Below, one piece after another: positions 57,820 to 64,000 of a stretch of DNA of 64,000 bases. Made by a program: the position numbers and the translations under genes. Below the pieces are notes generated by a model. The model was not told the DNA's origin, did not search any database, and worked only from the letters and a program-made list of their open reading frames with translations. This DNA comes from a virus: IMG/VR virus record IMGVR_UViG_3300042291_000666, positions 32,001-96,000 of that record; one strand, given 5' to 3'. Numbering within the stretch: the stretch's first letter is position 1; each line of letters begins with the position of its first letter.

Positions 57820-59988
57820 GTGAAAGTAAACAAAATAAGTTTAAAGCAACAAGGAGGGGAGAATACTGAACAAGTTGAGGCACAGCCACAACAACAATCA
57901 GTAGATCCTGCTATACAACAAATTTCAGATTTTATTTCTCAAGCAATAAGTCAAGGACAAAATCCTGCTGAAGTTGTTATGTCTTTGGTTGAACAACAAG
58001 TTGACCAACAAACTATTGGTCAAGCTTTGATGATGAATGGTTTTGAAGAAAATGATATCATGTCTTTGTTTGAACAAATGAGTCAAGGTCAACAACCAGA
58101 AGAACAAGTTGGTGGTGAACCAATGCCTGCTGATCAATTAGATCAAACCTCACAACAATTAACTGAAGATGAGAGCATGCATTTTGATGATATGTCAGAA
58201 GAAGAAACACAAGAACCAGGGATGTCTATGGGTAAATCAGGTATAGAAATTAAACCTGAGAATGAAGGTAAGTTTACTAGATGGGCTGAAGCACGCGGTA
58301 TGTCCGTACAAGAAGCTGCAAGTAGAGTTATGTCTAATACAGATGAATATCCTCCAGCTGTAGTTAAGATGGCTAACTTTGCTAAAAATGCTGCTGGTTG
58401 GAACAAAGAATATGGTGGTGAAAATTATCAAATGGGTGGTGTTCCTCAAGGTAAAGTAGCATCAGTTGATAATGTTAATGCTAGAAATAAAGATATGAAT
58501 TGGCAAAGAGCCCCTTTATATTTTAACCCAATGGAACTTGAATATAGCAATGACAACTTTAGTTTAGGTAAAGCTGCGGCTGTTGCTTATGGTGGTTATA
58601 AAGAATTTTTAAGTGGTGATGATAAAAATAAAGATGGTATCAAAGATGGATTCTTTAGAGATGGTGCTAAAAAATCTGCAATAAGGGATGCATCTAAAGG
58701 TAATTATTATAATTATGAAATTACTAAAGATGTTAATGATCCAAATACATATAAGGCGGATAATCTTGATTTATTTAATGCTTCAAAAAATAAAGGTAAT
58801 TTAAGAACATCTGAGCAATTTGATAAAGATGTAATGGATTATTCTAGATTTAATTATAATGTAGATACAAATGGTTATGATGGTATTAAAAGCAGCAGAC
58901 CAATAGATGAAAGAATTTATAATTCAGCAGGTAACAAAAATGCTTTAGCTGGTAAGGACTTTAATTATTTTAAAGAGTTTCTTGGAGATAAAGATACTAG
59001 AGAAATGCTATTAGGTACTCAAGATGATCCTGAAGCTGGTCTATTAAGTATAGATCAATATGGTCAAGATTCATCTGTTAGACCAGGTAGTCCTAATCCT
59101 TATGAATATAATACCTATATGGGTATTAATAAACGTGGTGTTAATCAAAATGCAATGATACCTACTGGAAGCAATGGTCAACCTGCTCCTAGTATGTTTA
59201 ATATTCAACCAGCACCAGTATCAATGATGAATGCAATTCCATCTAATACTTCAACAGATACTCCACAAAAATCATTTCAACAATGGTATGCATCTGGAGA
59301 TGCTGTAAGAAATCAAGGTAAAAATCAAGAACAATTAAAATCTGAGTATGACGCTTATCTTAAACAAGGATTTAAATATGGTGGTGACTTAGATAAAGCT
59401 CAATTTGGAATCCCTCAAGGTTTTGATTTTAGTTCTCTTACTAATTTTGATGATCCTTTTGGTATGAATGATCCAAGGTTTGGACAGACTGCTAATTATG
59501 CTGATACAGCGGGTTATAATCAACAACAAACTTTAGCTGCAAATAATCCAGCAACTAATACTACAGCAGGACCAACTGCACCAACAACACCTACATTTGG
59601 GCCACCAAAAGTAGAAAGGACTAATAAACTTGAAGGTGGATTAAATAGATTTATGGATAGCCCTGGTGTACAAGGTTATGCAAAAGTTTCTGACTTTGCT
59701 GTTAAAGCAGCTAATGTTGCTAATGATTGGTTTAGAGATCAAACAGTTAATCAAGCAAGAGAAGATAACTTTAATAAACTTGGTGCTGATTATCAATACG
59801 CTACTGCAGAAGATCCTTTTAATAAAAGAGGAATGTGGGATGTTAATACCGGAACAGCTGGTAGTGAAGGAGATAGAACGGTTGGTTTATACATGAGCAA
59901 ATATGGTGGTGAAAACAATACTGTAAATGTTGATTCAAATTTATTAGCAAAATTAATTGCAGCGGGAGCTGACATTGAAATATTATAA
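57820..59988 (+). CDS. Internal (cargo) virion protein, low-complexity and modular
   Basis: GTG start after the TTTGTATATTA motif; IEIKPENEGKFT...KMANFAKNA module; many xGG motifs. Confidence 0.75.
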   Translation: MKVNKISLKQQGGENTEQVEAQPQQQSVDPAIQQISDFISQAISQGQNPAEVVMSLVEQQVDQQTIGQALMMNGFEENDIMSLFEQMSQGQQPEEQVGGEPMPADQLDQTSQQLTEDESMHFDDMSEEETQEPGMSMGKSGIEIKPENEGKFTRWAEARGMSVQEAASRVMSNTDEYPPAVVKMANFAKNAAGWNKEYGGENYQMGGVPQGKVASVDNVNARNKDMNWQRAPLYFNPMELEYSNDNFSLGKAAAVAYGGYKEFLSGDDKNKDGIKDGFFRDGAKKSAIRDASKGNYYNYEITKDVNDPNTYKADNLDLFNASKNKGNLRTSEQFDKDVMDYSRFNYNVDTNGYDGIKSSRPIDERIYNSAGNKNALAGKDFNYFKEFLGDKDTREMLLGTQDDPEAGLLSIDQYGQDSSVRPGSPNPYEYNTYMGINKRGVNQNAMIPTGSNGQPAPSMFNIQPAPVSMMNAIPSNTSTDTPQKSFQQWYASGDAVRNQGKNQEQLKSEYDAYLKQGFKYGGDLDKAQFGIPQGFDFSSLTNFDDPFGMNDPRFGQTANYADTAGYNQQQTLAANNPATNTTAGPTAPTTPTFGPPKVERTNKLEGGLNRFMDSPGVQGYAKVSDFAVKAANVANDWFRDQTVNQAREDNFNKLGADYQYATAEDPFNKRGMWDVNTGTAGSEGDRTVGLYMSKYGGENNTVNVDSNLLAKLIAAGADIEIL

Positions 59989-59990
59989 CT

Positions 59991-62567
59991 ATGGCAAAAA
60001 TTAAAATAAATAGTTTACCTGCTGGCTTTAAATTAGTTAATGGTAAAATAGAAGAAGATCAAATGATGAAAGAAGGTGGCTATGTAACTGGTGATCAAGC
60101 CGGCTATGGATTAGTTACCCTACCACAGGAGTATTATAATAATGCTAATATGAATACTACCAGAGATGAATCTGTAAGATATAGTTTATCTGGCGTACCT
60201 AGGGACAAAGCAAACATTGAAGCTGAAGGTGGTGAAACTGTGTTAACTGATTTAAACAATGACAATCAATTTGGTCTATATAATATAACTGGACCAAGAC
60301 ACTCTAAAGGTGGTGTGCCAATGTTTTTACCAGAACAATCTTTTATTTATTCTGATACAGATAAAATGAGATTTAATCAAGAAGAATTAGCTGAGTATGG
60401 TATTGAAACTAAATTAAAAATGACTCCTGCTCAAGTATCTAAAAGATATGATCTTAATAAGTACTATGGTACTATGAAAGATCAATTTGCAGATGAGATA
60501 ACAGCGCGTAGTTCTGAACTTATGTTAAAGAAAAACATGATGGGCTTATCTAAATTAGCATTTGGTCAAGAACTTAAAAAGAAATTTGAAGATGGTGTGC
60601 CTTTAGCGGCTCATCCATATTTAGTTTCTATTGGAGAAGATCCAATTGAGTTTACTGCTAAAGTAGAAAACATTACTAAAAAGCAAGCTCAGATGAAAGC
60701 ATTTGCTGCTTTACCTCCTGATCAACAACAACAGTTATTACAATTGCAAGAAATGATGGCTCAAGTTGATGAACAAGAAGGTCAACAAGAAGAACAATCT
60801 TTTGAAGATCCATCAATGCAAGATCCTGGAATGCAAGAACAACAATTGGCTATGGCTGATGAAGATGTTATGGCTATGGGTATGCCTGAAGATGATATGT
60901 CTGAAGATGGTATGGCAAGATATGGTATGGAAATGGGAATGTATCAAGATGGTAAAGAAACACCTGTTAATCCTCTTCCTAAAGATCATCCAAAATATGC
61001 AGAAGCACAAAAATTAATTGATTCTGGTAAATATAAAGTTGTTAAAGGTGATGTTGTAAATGGTACTCAAATGTATAAGTTTGAATTACTTGAACCTGTT
61101 GATCCAAAATTTGAAGCAGAAAGAAAAGCTCAATTAGATAAGCAAATTGTTACTGCTCAAGATCAAAAAGGTACAGGTTCTGTATCTATATATGATGAAA
61201 ATCTTACTCAACAAGGAAAAGCAATCCAAGAAAATAAATTGGGTGCTTATAAATATGGTATATTATCAAATAAAAATAGACCTACATTACAAAATAAAGC
61301 AGGTGATAAAGCGTATGGTTCAGCAGATATTTCAAAACCAGAAGCAAAAGCGGATTTTTATGATAGATGGGGTGATGTTATAGAAAAAATACCTGGGTTT
61401 GATTATGATAAACCTACAATGGTGGATGCTAACGGTAAGGCAATAGCAGATCCACAATGGACTCAGTTTCAAAAATTAGCTGAAGAAACAAGAAGAAAAG
61501 AACATATTGCTGCATTTGGTAATGATAAAGATTATATACCTTATTTTAGAAGTGATACAAAAGCTAAAGATTATAAACCAGGTTCAGCTTTTGATGGTAA
61601 AATAGGATTGCATACATATAACACTCCGCGTTTTAAACTTGCTCCTGTAGAACCCGTTACAACTTTTGGTGTTAAAGTACCAGATCCAGAAAGACCTGAT
61701 ATAGAAATTCCTCCGGTTAAAGAATATAAAAGACCTCCAGCAGAATGGTGGAGACAAGATAAAAATAACCTAAGAACGTTGGGTTTAATTGAAGATAACT
61801 TATATTTGCCATGGGCACCAGATGCTGCCCCAGCTAAAATAGATTATGTATTAGATGATTGGAGAAGTAATGCTAATGCAAATTTAGCAGCTGCAAACAC
61901 TATGGCTGGAGCATTAGGTGCTGCCGGTGGACCACAGGCTGTAGCTAATTCAAATATTCAAGGTACTGCTTTGCAAGGTATTGCTGAAGGAATCAATAGA
62001 GTTAATAGTAATAATGTTGGTATTATGAATCAGGTTGCACCAATGCAAGCGCAATTGAATATGCAGACTGATGCAATTAATCAGGGTAGAAATATTAAGG
62101 TTTATGATGATACTCAAAAAACATTACAAAATGCGGATAACTTTCAGAATTGGAAGATTGCTAAACAAAATGAATTGTTTAATACTGCACTTACTAATAG
62201 AGCTAATACATATAACTTAAATTCAACATATGATTACTTTGGTATTAGTCCAGAAGATGCTGGAGCTATTGAGTTTACAAATAGTAAAGCTTTGAGAAAA
62301 GTTGGAAAAAGCGCAGACCCAATGAAAAACTTTTATGATCAAGTTGCTGACTATCATAAAGAAACCGGTAAGCCAATGCCTGACGCCCTTATCAAAGCAT
62401 TATATCCAGGTCAAACAGCAAGTGCAGATCCTGATATAACTAATGTACAAGCAGAGTGGGCAAAAAAAGGTCTTCCACCACAATATGTACAACCTCAAAT
62501 GGGTAGATCAGGAAAAGAAATAAAAAGAATGGTAGTACCATTTTACACAGGAAAGATGGGAACATAA
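59991..62567 (+). CDS. Internal (cargo/ejection) virion protein
   Basis: ANIEAEGGE...GPRHSKGGV...FIYSD...TPA motif seen in crAss internal proteins; Q/M-rich linkers. Confidence 0.75.
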   Translation: MAKIKINSLPAGFKLVNGKIEEDQMMKEGGYVTGDQAGYGLVTLPQEYYNNANMNTTRDESVRYSLSGVPRDKANIEAEGGETVLTDLNNDNQFGLYNITGPRHSKGGVPMFLPEQSFIYSDTDKMRFNQEELAEYGIETKLKMTPAQVSKRYDLNKYYGTMKDQFADEITARSSELMLKKNMMGLSKLAFGQELKKKFEDGVPLAAHPYLVSIGEDPIEFTAKVENITKKQAQMKAFAALPPDQQQQLLQLQEMMAQVDEQEGQQEEQSFEDPSMQDPGMQEQQLAMADEDVMAMGMPEDDMSEDGMARYGMEMGMYQDGKETPVNPLPKDHPKYAEAQKLIDSGKYKVVKGDVVNGTQMYKFELLEPVDPKFEAERKAQLDKQIVTAQDQKGTGSVSIYDENLTQQGKAIQENKLGAYKYGILSNKNRPTLQNKAGDKAYGSADISKPEAKADFYDRWGDVIEKIPGFDYDKPTMVDANGKAIADPQWTQFQKLAEETRRKEHIAAFGNDKDYIPYFRSDTKAKDYKPGSAFDGKIGLHTYNTPRFKLAPVEPVTTFGVKVPDPERPDIEIPPVKEYKRPPAEWWRQDKNNLRTLGLIEDNLYLPWAPDAAPAKIDYVLDDWRSNANANLAAANTMAGALGAAGGPQAVANSNIQGTALQGIAEGINRVNSNNVGIMNQVAPMQAQLNMQTDAINQGRNIKVYDDTQKTLQNADNFQNWKIAKQNELFNTALTNRANTYNLNSTYDYFGISPEDAGAIEFTNSKALRKVGKSADPMKNFYDQVADYHKETGKPMPDALIKALYPGQTASADPDITNVQAEWAKKGLPPQYVQPQMGRSGKEIKRMVVPFYTGKMGT

Positions 62568-62626
62568 ACTTTAAAAGTTTTATGATTTATCTTGTTAAAC
62601 TTAATAAATTTTAGTAATTTACAATT

Positions 62627-64000
62627 ATGGCAACATACGTACCAGGAGTAGAAACATACTTACCAGACATTAAACCATTTACACCAGACTATAAATTTTT
62701 GTCTGCTGTACTTGATGTTAGAACAGATAAGTATAACACTAATTGGAAGGCAACTAATGACCTTTACAATAAGGTTGTTTATGCAGATTTGTCTAGAGCA
62801 GATACCAAAGAACAAAGAGATCAATATATAAATCAAATAGCTCCATCTTTAGAGAAGATCTCAGGGATGGATTTATCAATGGTACAAAATGCTGACTCTG
62901 CTAAAGCAGTATTTGCTCCATTCTTTGAAGATGATTTAATAGTAAGTGATATAATGCATACCACTAATTATAGAAAAGAAACAGATTATGCAAATAGACT
63001 TATTGATTCTCCAGATGCAGAACAAAGAAAGAAATATAATTCAGATGGAGTAAGATCATTACAATATCAAATGGAAGACTTTATTACTGCGTCTCCAGAT
63101 AAAGCAATGAAGATGGGATTACCTCAATATGTTGAAGGTGCTGATTTAATGGGTATGGCTGAAAAGATGTTGGGAGAAATGAAACCACCATTAAAAATAA
63201 AAAGAGAAAGCCCACAAGGTGATTGGATTATTACTCAACAAAATGGTACTTTGGTAATTCCTGCTGCAACAGCATATCTTGAAAAAACTTTAATGAGTGA
63301 TCCTAGAATTACAAGATTTTATCAAAACCAAGCTTTTGTAAGAAGTAGAGACCGTGCTGCAGAAGGAATGGCAACAGGTGAATTTGCAAGTGTAGAGCAA
63401 GGTCAAGGAGTTTGGGCTCAAGAAACCATAGATAAAATAACTGCACAGAATGAATATTACAGAAAAGCAGAACTTTCTAAAGCAGCTGAAGGTAAAACTG
63501 TAGAGGAAAAATGGATTAACTATCAAAAAACTAATGGTATTGTTCCAGGTTCTGATGATGAAAAAGCAATGAATCAACAACTTTCTGCTTATGAAAGAAC
63601 TAAAGCTGCTTTAGAAGCTAGAGAAAAGATCAAGGAATTATCTAATGAACCAGTTAAAGATTTCCAAACTACACTAAATAAAGCATACAATCTTTATTCA
63701 CAAGCAACTATTGGAAGAGATATAAATACAGCAGCAGCTGTTTATGCTAGTAGAGATTCTGAAATAACCATAAGAGAAAATGAATTTGTTAAACAAAAAA
63801 AACAATTTCAATATGATATGGCTAAGATTGAAGCACAAGGACAAAATGCAGAAGACTTAGCAAGACTGAAAGGTGCAATTGATTATGATTTAGCAAAAGC
63901 AAAAGGAGAAATTTTATATGGTGCAGATGGTAAACCTCTTAATCCTGTATTACAGGCAGCACAAGAGCAAGCTGCTCTACTAGGTGACATTACAACTACA
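62627..64000 (+). CDS. Large internal virion protein, partial (runs off the window; absent from the track)
   Basis: MATYVPGVETYLPDIKPFTPDYKFL... appears open to the window end; position precedes the expected virion RNA polymerase block. Confidence 0.8.
   Translation, partial: MATYVPGVETYLPDIKPFTPDYKFLSAVLDVRTDKYNTNWKATNDLYNKVVYADLSRADTKEQRDQYINQIAPSLEKISGMDLSMVQNADSAKAVFAPFFEDDLIVSDIMHTTNYRKETDYANRLIDSPDAEQRKKYNSDGVRSLQYQMEDFITASPDKAMKMGLPQYVEGADLMGMAEKMLGEMKPPLKIKRESPQGDWIITQQNGTLVIPAATAYLEKTLMSDPRITRFYQNQAFVRSRDRAAEGMATGEFASVEQGQGVWAQETIDKITAQNEYYRKAELSKAAEGKTVEEKWINYQKTNGIVPGSDDEKAMNQQLSAYERTKAALEAREKIKELSNEPVKDFQTTLNKAYNLYSQATIGRDINTAAAVYASRDSEITIRENEFVKQKKQFQYDMAKIEAQGQNAEDLARLKGAIDYDLAKAKGEILYGADGKPLNPVLQAAQEQAALLGDITTT

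Noticed and set aside
13661-63580. Numerous short antisense or out-of-frame ORFs within late genes
   Set aside because: They are nested in well-supported genes, lack start context, and show reverse-complement codon patterns.
1-64000. Stop-codon reassignment (TAG or TGA), common in some crAss-like phages
   Set aside because: Genes up to 2032 aa are intact in the standard code, TAG and TGA end real genes (for example 3298, 4227, 19335), and neither tRNA is a suppressor.

Overview
AT-rich segment of a crAss-like (Crassvirales-type) tailed phage genome that probably infects a Bacteroidota host. Host evidence is TAnnTTTG promoter elements, A-rich starts without Shine-Dalgarno sequences, and lipobox peptides. 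Standard genetic code. Bases 1-12.6 kb form a leftward early/replication arm: uracil-DNA glycosylase, SF2 helicase, phosphoesterase, tRNA-Leu(UAA), tRNA-Arg(UCU), ParB-like, HNH, SSB-like and HTH genes, many small membrane and lipoprotein ORFs, and a tandem-duplicated first gene. Transcription diverges at a GC-rich switch near 12.1-12.7 kb. The rightward late arm carries small basic peptides, an amidase endolysin, PD-(D/E)XK nuclease, GroES, TerL, portal, scaffold-like protein, major capsid protein, ring and auxiliary capsid proteins, a ferritin-like protein, fibres, Cys-rich FN3/VWA proteins, IHF-like and ring proteins, the muzzle, and large internal (ejected) proteins. Most interesting signals: (1) a recurring (K/Q/A)-x-G-(G/K/Q)-(E/A) peptide tag that punctuates tiny basic peptides and separates the enzyme modules of the giant cargo proteins, suggesting a capsid-loading or polyprotein-processing system; (2) a GC-rich multi-stem RNA after the capsid gene; (3) a duplicated first-gene cassette with a shared 13-bp motif and an N4-like GGA-triloop hairpin; (4) unannotated twin micro-lipoproteins flanking a structured RNA; (5) VWA domains on virion proteins. 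All calls come from reading motifs by eye; no database searches were run.
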